Assembly (NCBI GenBank): GCA_963786935.1
Contig: CAWBAN010000001.1
Coordinates: 1 to 64,000 of the forward strand
Origin: an uncultured bacterium
GTDB lineage: Bacteria > Krumholzibacteriota > Krumholzibacteriia > Krumholzibacteriales > Krumholzibacteriaceae
Reading direction: 5' to 3'
DNA: 64,000 nucleotides
Shown here: positions 1-8,391 of the stretch, in pieces
Layout: each line of letters begins with the position of its first letter
Numbering within the stretch: position 1 is the first letter of the stretch
Position numbers and translations under genes: made by a program
The notes under the pieces: model-generated
Seen by the model: only the letters and a program-made list of their open reading frames with translations
Databases searched by the model: none
Told to the model about the DNA's origin: nothing

Positions 1-548
1 TCTCCCGCCTCTCCTCCCGCCGCGACGCCATTCTCCAATTCAAATCCTTCCTCGAGAAGGAGACGACGTGGCTCACCTCGCCGGCATCGACGAGGTTTCA
101 TCTGAGCGAGGAGCACGGCCTCCTGATCCACTCCGTCGGCGTGACGGAGAACGCCCTGAAGATCAAGGACCTCATGGCGCCGGACATCACGGACGAATCG
201 GTCATCGTCGCCGCGCTCTTCCACGACGTGGGGAAGCTCGGCCTGCCGGGGAAGCCCTACTACCTCCCCAACGACAACCGCTGGGAGATCGAGAAGCGGG
301 GCATCGCCTACAAGGTCAATCCCGAGGTCGTCACGATGAACCTCGCGGTGCGGAGCCTCCAGCTCGTGAGCAGGTTCATCACGCTCTCCGAGGAGGAGGC
401 GCAGGCCATCGTCGCGCATGACGGCGTCTATCCGGTGCACGGCGGCGTGGTCGGTCTCGAGTATTACCAGAAGGAATGCCGCCTCACGATGATCCTGCAC
501 TTCGCCGACTTCTGGACCGCCGCGGTGGAGGAGGAGGGGAGGAGGTAG
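1..548 (+). CDS. HD-domain phosphohydrolase (5' end outside window)
   Basis: Open frame from base 3: TSPASTRFH, GLLIHS, ALFHDVGK, IVAHDG, LHFAD motifs; paralog at 13883-14473. Confidence 0.85.
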   Translation, partial: SRLSSRRDAILQFKSFLEKETTWLTSPASTRFHLSEEHGLLIHSVGVTENALKIKDLMAPDITDESVIVAALFHDVGKLGLPGKPYYLPNDNRWEIEKRGIAYKVNPEVVTMNLAVRSLQLVSRFITLSEEEAQAIVAHDGVYPVHGGVVGLEYYQKECRLTMILHFADFWTAAVEEEGRR

Positions 549-549
549 A
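501..549 (+). repeat. 49-bp direct repeat, copy 1 (3' end of HD gene)
   Basis: 47/49 identical to 1328-1376. Confidence 0.9.
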
Positions 550-570
550 TCCTCCTTTCCGACTTCCCTC

Positions 571-611
571 TTGCATTCAGGCACATATTCTGCTATTCTT
601 ACTGGTAAGAA
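571..611 (+). promoter_or_regulatory. sigma-70 promoter and operator palindrome of AbrB-PIN module
   Basis: TTGCAT-17bp-TATTCT with extended TG; TTCTTAC-TG-GTAAGAA overlaps the -10 box. Confidence 0.6.
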
Positions 612-643
612 ATCAAGGTTGCGTTGATGGGGAGGTCTATTCG

Positions 644-907
644 ATGACGAAGCTGGCTACGACCAAGATGTCGTCCAAGGGGCAAGTGGTGATACCCGAG
701 GATATTCGAAAGCGTCTGAAGCTCAAGGCCGGATCCCGGTTTGTCGTCGTTGGCGACCGCGACGTCGTGATTCTGAAGGAGATCAGTCCGCCCTCGATGG
801 CGGAATTCGACGATCTGATTGCCGCGGCGCGGCGGAAAGCGCGGCAATCGGGTATGAAGCGCTCGGATATCTCGAAGGCGGTTGCGGGGGTGCGGAGGCG
901 CGGGTGA
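644..907 (+). CDS. AbrB/MazE/SpoVT-family antitoxin
   Basis: TTKMSSKGQVVIPEDIRKRL motif; GGAGG RBS; GTGA overlap with PIN gene. Confidence 0.9.
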   Translation: MTKLATTKMSSKGQVVIPEDIRKRLKLKAGSRFVVVGDRDVVILKEISPPSMAEFDDLIAAARRKARQSGMKRSDISKAVAGVRRRG

Positions 908-1311
908 GGGTCATCCTCGACACGAACATATTCGTTTCGGGCATCTTCTTCAGCGGCCCACCCGCCCGAATACTGGAAGCATGGCGGGACGGGAAGATCC
1001 AGATAGTTATCTCCGAGGCAATATTGGAGGAATACAGAGCGGTGGGCATGCGGCTCGCCGTCGATTTCAAGGGTGTGGATATCGAGCCATTCCTGAAGCT
1101 GGTATCACTCACGGCAAGACTGTATAGAGCTCCTGCACTGCCCGACACAGATTTGTGATGATCCCGACGACGATAAATTCATCGCATGCGCCCTCGCGAG
1201 CGGATGCAAGCTCGTCGTCACGGGGGACAAGAGCCTTTTGAAGAGTTTCGGGCTATCGCGGAATCAAGATCTTGACTGCGCGGGAGTTCATCGATCGATT
1301 CTATGGGATGA
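904..1311 (+). CDS. PIN-domain (VapC-like) toxin, frameshifted near 1145 and 1243; 3' end approximate
   Basis: MRVILDTNIFVSG, then in shifted frames ICDDPDDDKFIACA, VTGDK and GYRGIKILTAREF. Confidence 0.8.
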
Positions 1312-1327
1312 TCGACTTGAGTCGCTA

Positions 1328-1376
1328 TTCGCCGACTTCTGGACCGCCGCGGTGGAGGAGAAGGGGAGAAGGTAGA
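1328..1376 (+). repeat. 49-bp direct repeat, copy 2 (orphan HD-gene 3' end)
   Basis: Encodes FADFWTAAVEEKGRR* with no upstream HD gene. Confidence 0.9.
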
Positions 1377-1399
1377 GGACGATTGGAAAGGAGGGGCCG

Positions 1400-2332
1400 A
1401 TGAGGGTTCTCGTTACAGGGGGCACGGGCTTTCTTGGCACATATCTCACCGCACGCCTGATCCAGGATGGAAACGAGGTCACCGTCCTGACCCGGTCCGC
1501 CAAAGGATCGAAGACGCCCTCCCCCAGCATATTCTACTTGCAGGGGGATCCGACCCAAAAAGGGCCCTGGCAGGAATCGATTCAAAATCACGACGCCATC
1601 ATCAATCTTGCCGGTGCATCCATCTTCAGCAGGTGGACGGAGGCCCATAAGAAGCTGATCGTGGAAAGCCGGATGACCACCACCCGGAACCTCGTCGAGG
1701 GAATCCCCGCCGGTTCAGTCAAGAAGATCTCGCTCCTCAGCGCATCCGCCGTGGGATACTACGGTTTCCATGGAGACGAAGAGCTTGCCGAGGAATCCCC
1801 CCCGGGGGACGATTTTCTTGCGAGGCTCGCCGACGAATGGGAGACGCAGGCCTTTCGGGCAAAAGAGAAAGGCGCTCGGGTCGTCGTGACCCGGTTTGGC
1901 ATCGTTCTGGGTGAAAAGGGAGGGGCACTCGGGCAGATGATTCCCCTCTTCAAGAAGTTCATTGGAGGTCCCATGGGGAGCGGCCGCCAGTGGTTCTCCT
2001 GGATCCACATCAAAGATCTCGCGGAAGCTTTCGTCTTCTTGATGAAACATCCGGAGATATCGGGACCGGTGAATCTCTGCGCTCCGGGTCCCGTGAGAAA
2101 CAGGGAGCTGGCAAAGGCGCTCGGAAAAGCCCTTCACCGGCCTTCTTTCATCCCGGCCCCCGGGTTCATGATCAAGCTGGCGCTGGGGGAATTCGGATCG
2201 GTTATTCTCGAAGGACAGAGAGTCGTTCCACGCCGTCTGCTTGACGGCGGCTTCGTGTTCCGATACCCCGAGATCAACGAGGCTCTGCGGAGCCTTGACA
2301 TGAGCTCCCGAGGCCGGTATAATTCGAAATAA
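1400..2332 (+). CDS. TIGR01777/YfcH-like NAD-dependent epimerase-family protein
   Basis: VTGGTGFLG Rossmann motif, INLAG, SASAVGYYG, GRQWFSWIHI. Confidence 0.9.
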   Translation: MRVLVTGGTGFLGTYLTARLIQDGNEVTVLTRSAKGSKTPSPSIFYLQGDPTQKGPWQESIQNHDAIINLAGASIFSRWTEAHKKLIVESRMTTTRNLVEGIPAGSVKKISLLSASAVGYYGFHGDEELAEESPPGDDFLARLADEWETQAFRAKEKGARVVVTRFGIVLGEKGGALGQMIPLFKKFIGGPMGSGRQWFSWIHIKDLAEAFVFLMKHPEISGPVNLCAPGPVRNRELAKALGKALHRPSFIPAPGFMIKLALGEFGSVILEGQRVVPRRLLDGGFVFRYPEINEALRSLDMSSRGRYNSK

Positions 2333-2383
2333 TTTTGAGCTACACTCATACCTTGAGGGCTTCAGAGGCGATAGGAGTCTGCT

Positions 2384-3172
2384 TTGACGTTGCAGCGCAT
2401 CGAGAGAATCGCCTCCATTTTTATTGTAATCAGCTTATTGGGCACTGCGTGCCCATCGCCCGCCCACGCTGAAGCCGGGAATCGCGCCGTGCCCGGCGAG
2501 GCGAGCTCCCGCTCATTCGCCGAATTCTCTTTCGGTTTCAAGGGCGGCATGAGCTTTTCGCAGCACTCCGGCACGGAGGTTCGGGGTTCCGAATACACCG
2601 TCGAGAGCCATTGGCGGACGGGATTCGCCGTCGGCGCGTTCCTCTACGAGCCGGTGACCTCCCGTTTCGGCATTCAGCAGGAGCTCATGTATGTGCAGAA
2701 AGGCTCACGGCAGGACATCGGCGTCGAGATCCTCGACATACCCACGGTCCTCAACGTCACGTACGACATGGATTACATCGAAATACCGGTCTTCATGAAG
2801 TTCGCCTGGGTCCAGCGGGAGGAATTGACCCTGTACTCGATCGCGGGCACCGCTCTCTCGCTCAAGGTTCGAGACCGCTACGTCCTCACGGGCGAGATCG
2901 ATGACGGGAGCCAGGTCGTTCCGCTCCGCGCGGACGCCGACATGTCGGAGGTGGACATGTTCGACTATTCGTTCGTTTACGGCCTCGGCTTCGAATTCAC
3001 GTTGTGGACGCGGCGGATAATTATCGAGCATCGCTTCGTTATCGGCTGGAACACGCTGTCGATGCCGACCTACGCGTACATTCCTTTCGGGGACGAGGAG
3101 CTGCTGATAGACAACGATCCGGTTCCCTTGAAAAATCAGGCGCATCTCATCATGGTGGGGATTTCGTTCTAG
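2384..3172 (+). CDS. Outer-membrane beta-barrel (PorT-like) protein
   Basis: Signal peptide, GFKGG, ELMYVQKG, DYIEIP, C-terminal Phe. Confidence 0.75.
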   Translation: MTLQRIERIASIFIVISLLGTACPSPAHAEAGNRAVPGEASSRSFAEFSFGFKGGMSFSQHSGTEVRGSEYTVESHWRTGFAVGAFLYEPVTSRFGIQQELMYVQKGSRQDIGVEILDIPTVLNVTYDMDYIEIPVFMKFAWVQREELTLYSIAGTALSLKVRDRYVLTGEIDDGSQVVPLRADADMSEVDMFDYSFVYGLGFEFTLWTRRIIIEHRFVIGWNTLSMPTYAYIPFGDEELLIDNDPVPLKNQAHLIMVGISF

Positions 3173-3182
3173 GAGGCACACG

Positions 3183-4661
3183 ATGAAAAGGCTAACCCTC
3201 GCGTTCCTGCTGCTTATGCTCGGATCGCAGGCATACGGGTACCAGTACTGGAACGACATCCGTCACAGCGCGCTCCTGCCGGACAACGACGTCACGATCC
3301 GCGTCGAGAATCCGTCCGGCGCCGGAATCGAGAACTATCTCCTCTACGCGGGCGCCGGTATCGTCGAGCAGGCGATGATCCCGATTGTCGACGGGCCTTC
3401 GACGGTCTCCGCCTCGGCGCCCGGGCCCGTGGCCGCCTCGCGGTATTACGGCTTCCGGCTCATCCACGGCGCGGAGCTCGACCTTCTGCCCGTGCGCATC
3501 GCCGACGGGGCCAGTCCGGCGCCCTCCGATCTCACGCGGCTTGCGATCGATCCCGCGGGGGATCAGCTCTTCGGCTACACCAATCTCGACCTCGTCGAGT
3601 GCCGCGTGAGCTTCTCGGGAACGAAGATCTTCGCCGCGCTGACGAACGCGGGAGGCGGATTCCCGGTGAGTCAGGGCCTCACCTTCTTCGGCTATCTCCT
3701 TGCGATTGCCAATCCGGCGGCTGTCGATCCCGATACCGTTTTCGCTCTCATGCAGACATACAACCAAGCGGGCATCATAAGCCCGGGGCTGTACAAAATC
3801 ACGGGGAGCGGTCTCGGCAACCTCACCAAGATCGGAAACGTCTCCGTGCAGGAGTTTCCCGCGACGAATACGCTGCTTCTCTCGTGCAATCTCGCCGATC
3901 TCATGGCGGACACCTATTTTCAGTCCTGGTACGATCCCGCGGACCCGGCGCTCGGCGTGGCGGGATTCACGCAACGGATCACGCTCCTCGGAGGGGCCGC
4001 GGAGTCCGACCGCACGCCGGGAGGACGATGCTCCCTGCGGAGCTTCTCCATCGATCCATTTGTGAACCAGCTTCCCGCGCTCGCGAATCTCATATTTGAA
4101 GGAACGGGCTCGGGAGCGTTCGCGCGGATCGATTACGAGGATCCGAACGGGCACTGTCCCGTCGTGGCGGAGATCGCGTTCGACGGGGGCGCTCCCTATC
4201 CGATGCATCCGCAAACGCTCGATTACACTTCGACCGTCGCGTACGCGACTGAAGCGGGGATCGAGCCGCTGGCGAGCGATTCCTGGACGAGCGCGGTCGC
4301 GCGCTTCAGCGACAATCTGTCGGATACCGTCGAATGTAAAGTAACGGTCACCGGCGTCTCCGATGGCGGAGCGCACATGCACGCCGGCCCGATCTGTGTA
4401 TCGGTTTCGCCCAATCCCTTCAACCCGGTTGCATCCATTGAATACCTGATGCCGGCGGCGGGGAATCTCCGCGTGGAGATCTACGACGTCCGGGGCGGCC
4501 TCGTCCGGACGCTCCTCGACGGCGCGGTGAACGCCGGGCCCGGCAGGCTGACATGGAACGGTCGGAACAGCCGGGGATCGCTCCTCTCCTCGGGGCTCTA
4601 CTTCTGCAGGATCACGGCGCTGGGGCGAATGGAAGTGAAGAAGCTGCTGTTGATCAGATGA
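3183..4661 (+). CDS. Secreted protein with FlgD-Ig/T9SS-like C-terminal domain
   Basis: Signal peptide; PNPFNP, IYDVRGGLVRTL, WNGRN, SGLYFCRI, KKLLLIR. Confidence 0.85.
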   Translation: MKRLTLAFLLLMLGSQAYGYQYWNDIRHSALLPDNDVTIRVENPSGAGIENYLLYAGAGIVEQAMIPIVDGPSTVSASAPGPVAASRYYGFRLIHGAELDLLPVRIADGASPAPSDLTRLAIDPAGDQLFGYTNLDLVECRVSFSGTKIFAALTNAGGGFPVSQGLTFFGYLLAIANPAAVDPDTVFALMQTYNQAGIISPGLYKITGSGLGNLTKIGNVSVQEFPATNTLLLSCNLADLMADTYFQSWYDPADPALGVAGFTQRITLLGGAAESDRTPGGRCSLRSFSIDPFVNQLPALANLIFEGTGSGAFARIDYEDPNGHCPVVAEIAFDGGAPYPMHPQTLDYTSTVAYATEAGIEPLASDSWTSAVARFSDNLSDTVECKVTVTGVSDGGAHMHAGPICVSVSPNPFNPVASIEYLMPAAGNLRVEIYDVRGGLVRTLLDGAVNAGPGRLTWNGRNSRGSLLSSGLYFCRITALGRMEVKKLLLIR

Positions 4662-4665
4662 TCGA

Positions 4666-5088
4666 TCAACCGGGCATTCCTGATCTTAACCGATAAAACA
4701 TCTCCCAAAGCCGATCGATCTCGCCTCGCTCGATAACTTCAATTGGCTTCAATCCGCCAAATGCTCCATTAGGACCATATAACCATTCGCCTAGAGAGTC
4801 GGGATGGACCACTTCGCTCAGCGCGTCACACAATCGCTTGATTTCAGTATAGTTCCGTTGAAGTTTGATGACCATCTTCCTGTTTGACTCGATGGCAGAG
4901 ATGGTCCGTACAGAAACGTTGACCAGGCGCCCAAATGCCTCTCTCCGCATGTTCAGCATGTGCCGCAGTTCAAGCTTGGACTGACCTTGGACATAGATAA
5001 CGCGTACTCCGTGCATTCCATGGATTTCTACGACTTGAGTCGCTGGCTTCTTCGCCGAAGCGGATTTCTTCTCTGTGTTGGTTGGCAT
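4666..5088 (-). CDS. Xre/MbcA/ParS-type antitoxin
   Basis: HTH followed by WLYGPNGAFGGLKPIEVI; adjacent to RES gene. Confidence 0.8.
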   Translation of the reverse strand: MPTNTEKKSASAKKPATQVVEIHGMHGVRVIYVQGQSKLELRHMLNMRREAFGRLVNVSVRTISAIESNRKMVIKLQRNYTEIKRLCDALSEVVHPDSLGEWLYGPNGAFGGLKPIEVIERGEIDRLWEMFYRLRSGMPG

Positions 5089-5127
5089 TCCGCTCTCCTT
5101 TTTCGGGACGGGTCGAGCTTCAGATTA

Positions 5128-5156
5128 ATTATAGCGGGCGAGAAGAAAAAATGCAA
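5128..5156 (-). promoter_or_regulatory. sigma-70 promoter for the antitoxin
   Basis: TTGCAT-17bp-TATAAT on minus strand. Confidence 0.65.
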
Positions 5157-5190
5157 GCAAAAATACATGCAAAATTACACACTAAGTTGG

Positions 5191-5784
5191 TTATTTTGTT
5201 GGGTGGGGCGGTAGCTTGTTCTTTTCCAACACCTCTACTGTACTTGGCGACGCAAGATTTTTCGGAAAAAGCACCACGTTCGTTCCCTTCGGATCCCTCG
5301 CCGACGGGACGAGCAGCCCCTCAAATCCTGCAAGTAGAGCCCCCCGAGCAATGGTCTGGGTCCATGATTCTTCACCGCCACGCTGGATGGCCTGCCAGTC
5401 CTCTCCTGTGAGGCTATCGCGGCTGAAACCAAGTTTTTTTCGGATCTTGGCGTCTGTCAAATCCAACACGCGGTTCACATTGAGTTTGAGGCCCGCGAAA
5501 ACGCGAGGTTGTATGTTGCCGGGTTTAAACCCATACTTGATGAATTCTTGGTAGCTCTCCTTGACCGCAGTTGCGGGATCAAGGGAGGCGTAGATGGCCG
5601 CGACTCCGGGGGGATTCCATCTGCCCCCGTAGTAACTCGCGCCGGCGCCGGAAGTGAAGTCTTTTTCATTCGCATACTTGACTCCTGCTGAACGAAAAGC
5701 AATGGCGTTGAGCTTAACAGCTTGCAACAGGCAGCCTGCTATGCGATCGAACAGGTCTTGGACTTCTTTAGGATCTGACGACAC
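5191..5784 (-). CDS. RES-domain toxin
   Basis: AFR, GAGA..GGRWN, IYAS..PATAVKE, GLLVPSA, NVVLF; GTG start at 5784 after purine-rich RBS. Confidence 0.85.
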   Translation of the reverse strand: MSSDPKEVQDLFDRIAGCLLQAVKLNAIAFRSAGVKYANEKDFTSGAGASYYGGRWNPPGVAAIYASLDPATAVKESYQEFIKYGFKPGNIQPRVFAGLKLNVNRVLDLTDAKIRKKLGFSRDSLTGEDWQAIQRGGEESWTQTIARGALLAGFEGLLVPSARDPKGTNVVLFPKNLASPSTVEVLEKNKLPPHPTK

Positions 5785-5848
5785 CGGTTCCCTTCTCCCG
5801 CCTAACAGGCGGCCGAGTCGTTCGTTTCCAACTGCATTGAGATCATTG

Positions 5849-6478
5849 TCAAAACAGTAGCGCCTCGAGGTAGGGGCGGATGATCTTCTCCACCCGGCAA
5901 ATCGCCGCATAGCGCATAAGCTCGTCAACGTTGACGTTTCTTCGCTCGCGGTAGAAGCGGATTGCCTCGATCGCCGTATCGAGTCCGATCTTGTTCCGGA
6001 ACTTGAAGCAATCGGCGAGGGTCTTCTCCGGGCCGTAAATGCGAACGGCCACGCCGTCGACCTCGTGGATCTCCACGCCCTCTGTAAAGGCCTTCCCGGT
6101 GAACCGGTAGATCTTTATCGGCGGATGATCAAGCCGGGGCTCCTCCGCGCCGCGCGGGAGCGACACGTGGACCTCGTGGGGGATCTGAGTGGTAAGCTCG
6201 TGAAAGGCCAGTGCCGAAATCAGACAGATGACGCCGCCGGGAATTCGAGTCGCGACGGTCACGAGATCCGGGTTGCCGAACTGCGGGCTCCCGGCGAGGC
6301 GATATACGCCGCGGCTCACGGTATACAGCGCTCCGGAGTCGCGCATGGTATAGATCGTGTCAGGGTGGATGCCCTCGCGGAGTGCCTGTGCCGTGCGGAG
6401 CATTCCGCCGTGCTTCTTGTAGATTGCGATGGCCCGCTCGAATCGAGGGCTTTCCCTCTTCTTGCGTCGCGTCGACAT
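5849..6478 (-). CDS. AbiEi-family type IV antitoxin / transcriptional regulator
   Basis: SRGVYRL, GVICLISALAFHELTTQIP, EKTLADCFKFRNKIGLD. Confidence 0.9.
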   Translation of the reverse strand: MSTRRKKRESPRFERAIAIYKKHGGMLRTAQALREGIHPDTIYTMRDSGALYTVSRGVYRLAGSPQFGNPDLVTVATRIPGGVICLISALAFHELTTQIPHEVHVSLPRGAEEPRLDHPPIKIYRFTGKAFTEGVEIHEVDGVAVRIYGPEKTLADCFKFRNKIGLDTAIEAIRFYRERRNVNVDELMRYAAICRVEKIIRPYLEALLF

Positions 6479-6525
6479 GATAGTAATACCTCCATTTATT
6501 GTATTCTATAGGTATTATTATCATG
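6476..6525. promoter_or_regulatory. 16-bp inverted repeat upstream of AbiEi (likely operator)
   Basis: CATGATAGTAATACCT ... AGGTATTATTATCATG, 1 mismatch, 18-bp spacer. Confidence 0.7.
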
Positions 6526-6771
6526 AACGGCGACTTTGTCAAGGGCCTGTTTTTGCTGTCGGCTATGGGAATCAAAGAAGGGACTGATGACTGGCTCATC
6601 TTCTTCGATCTGGCGGCGGTGGACTTGGGGCAGCTCCCTGAAGATCTCAAGGGCGATGAGAGACCGCTCAAGAGCCTGCCTCTCCTGTTCAGGACGGTGC
6701 AAGGCAGCGAGCTGTCGGAAGAAGAGTTGAAGAAGCTGATAGAGGCGCTGCGCAAGGAGCAAGACCGATGA
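6523..6771 (+). pseudogene. Small ORF, probable C-terminal fragment of an unknown gene
   Basis: Protein-like 82-aa frame, but its ATG is the mirror arm of the AbiEi operator and has no clear RBS. Confidence 0.4.
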
Positions 6772-6782
6772 CTGTGGCTCCG

Positions 6783-6914
6783 TTCAATTTGGCGACAAGC
6801 TGTCGCCAAATTGAAGAACAGGGGCAAAGGGGGCTCGGAGCGAGCTCCCATTGGAAGTGCTGAGAGCGCTTCCTTCCCTGTCGGGCATGTCGTCATTTAT
6901 CATGATAAATGACG
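6783..6914. repeat. Cluster of three unrelated palindromes
   Basis: TTCAATTTGGCGACA-AGC-TGTCGCCAAATTGAA; GGAAGTGCT-GAG-AGCGCTTCC; CGTCATTTATCATGATAAATGACG. Confidence 0.85.
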
Positions 6915-6960
6915 GAACACCGGGCGGAGGGAAGCGAAGCTCTTTCCGGTTTGCTTCTTG

Positions 6961-8124
6961 TCATAGCGGTTCCGTCCCTTCGCTCAGGATCTCGAGGTAG
7001 CGCGCATATGAGAACAGCCGATCGCGCTTCTTTCCGGTGAGCTCTCGTGCGATGCCGAGATCTTCGAGAAGCTTCATCCCCGTGGCTGCGGTGGGAAACG
7101 ATATTCCCGCCCTCGTGCCGGCCTCGTGAAGAGAGACGATGGGCCGCATCTTGAGCGCCTGATGAATGAGTACTGCCGAACCGGCGGCGCGGCCGCGTTT
7201 CCGAATGCGCTCCTCATCCTCGGCAAAGAGATCGACGAGCCGCCCGGCCGTCGATACCGCGCCATCCGCCGTCAGGCGAACCCCCTCGAGGAAGAATGAA
7301 AGCCAGGCCTCCCAATCGCCTTTCGTGCGGACGTCGCTCAGGAGGCGGTAATACTTTCTCCTCTCCTTCTTGAAATGGAGGCTGAGGTAGAGCATCGGCT
7401 CCTTGAGAACGCCCGCATGGCACAGGAGCAGCGTGATGAGAAGGCGCCCGACGCGGCCGTTCCCGTCGAGGAACGGGTGAATCGTCTCGAATTGCACGTG
7501 CGCGAGCCCCGCGCGAATCAGAATCGGCAGCTGCTCCTTCCGGCGATGGAGGAACTTCTCGAGCTCCGACATTGAGCCCGCCACCATGTGCGGAGGCGGC
7601 GGGACGAACAGGGCGTTCCCCGGCCTCGTTCCGCCGATCCAGTTCTGGCTCCGCCGAAAGCTCCCCGGCTCCTTATCGCTTCCACGCCCCCTCTCGAGCA
7701 GCTTCTCGTGTATTTCGCGAATGAGACGATTGCTGAGGGGGAAGCCCCCCCTGAGCCGCGCGAGGCCGTGCTCCATCGCGGAGACGTAGTTCGACGCTTC
7801 GATAACGTCGTCCATCGGTACGCCCGGGGCGCCTCGCATCTCGTAGAGGAGGAGATCGGAGAGCGACGATTGCGTGCCCTCGATCTGCGACGAAAGCACC
7901 GCCTCCTTCCGCACGTATGAGTAGAGAAAGAGCGACGTGTCCGGCAGGAGCGTGGAGAGGCCGTCGAGTCTTCCGAGAGCGAGAAGCGCCTCCTCGAGTT
8001 TGGCGTGGAGCGCTCCATCGAGAGCGAGGGGAGGCGCCGGGGGCAGCGGCAGGGGTACGAAGGCCCGAATCCGTTCGCCTCCGACGCTCGTTATTTCATA
8101 CCGGCCCGTCGTTCCGCGTTTCAT
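6961..8124 (-). CDS. Fic-family protein with N-terminal inhibitory motif and C-terminal HTH
   Basis: HPFLDGNGRVGR Fic motif; SSQIEG motif. Confidence 0.92.
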   Translation of the reverse strand: MKRGTTGRYEITSVGGERIRAFVPLPLPPAPPLALDGALHAKLEEALLALGRLDGLSTLLPDTSLFLYSYVRKEAVLSSQIEGTQSSLSDLLLYEMRGAPGVPMDDVIEASNYVSAMEHGLARLRGGFPLSNRLIREIHEKLLERGRGSDKEPGSFRRSQNWIGGTRPGNALFVPPPPHMVAGSMSELEKFLHRRKEQLPILIRAGLAHVQFETIHPFLDGNGRVGRLLITLLLCHAGVLKEPMLYLSLHFKKERRKYYRLLSDVRTKGDWEAWLSFFLEGVRLTADGAVSTAGRLVDLFAEDEERIRKRGRAAGSAVLIHQALKMRPIVSLHEAGTRAGISFPTAATGMKLLEDLGIARELTGKKRDRLFSYARYLEILSEGTEPL

Positions 8125-8150
8125 TTCCCGTTGCTCCTTATCAAAGCAAG

Positions 8151-8215
8151 TTTAATAGCGCCGTCCACTATTAAAGAATATGCTATATCTTTAAATAACC
8201 GGAAGCGGTTGTCAA
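8151..8215 (-). promoter_or_regulatory. AT-rich Fic upstream region with inverted repeats
   Basis: TTTAATAG-9bp-CTATTAAA, a second imperfect TTAAAGA..TCTTTAA repeat, TTGACA on minus strand at 8210-8215. Confidence 0.45.
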
Positions 8216-8281
8216 TAGAAAAACGACGGAGCGAATCGATCGCCGGGATAGTCGAAAGCGCCTTGAGGTTCGCTCGCCGGG

Positions 8282-8381
8282 AGACTGCATAGAGCTCTTG
8301 CATTGCCCCCGCAGATTTGTGATGATCCCGATGATGATTAATTCCTCGCCTGCGCCCTCGCGAGTGGGAGCAAACTCATCG
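8282..8381 (+). pseudogene. Remnant of a PIN toxin gene
   Basis: RLHRALALPPQICDDPDDD*FLACALASGSKLI aligns with 1117-1217; internal TAA. Confidence 0.85.
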
Positions 8382-8391
8382 GAGGGAATCA

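Noticed and set aside
1156..1161. TGA in the PIN gene as selenocysteine or readthrough
   Set aside because: The conserved sequence continues in another frame, so this is a frameshift
6783..6914. CRISPR mini-array
   Set aside because: The palindromes differ from each other and no cas genes are present
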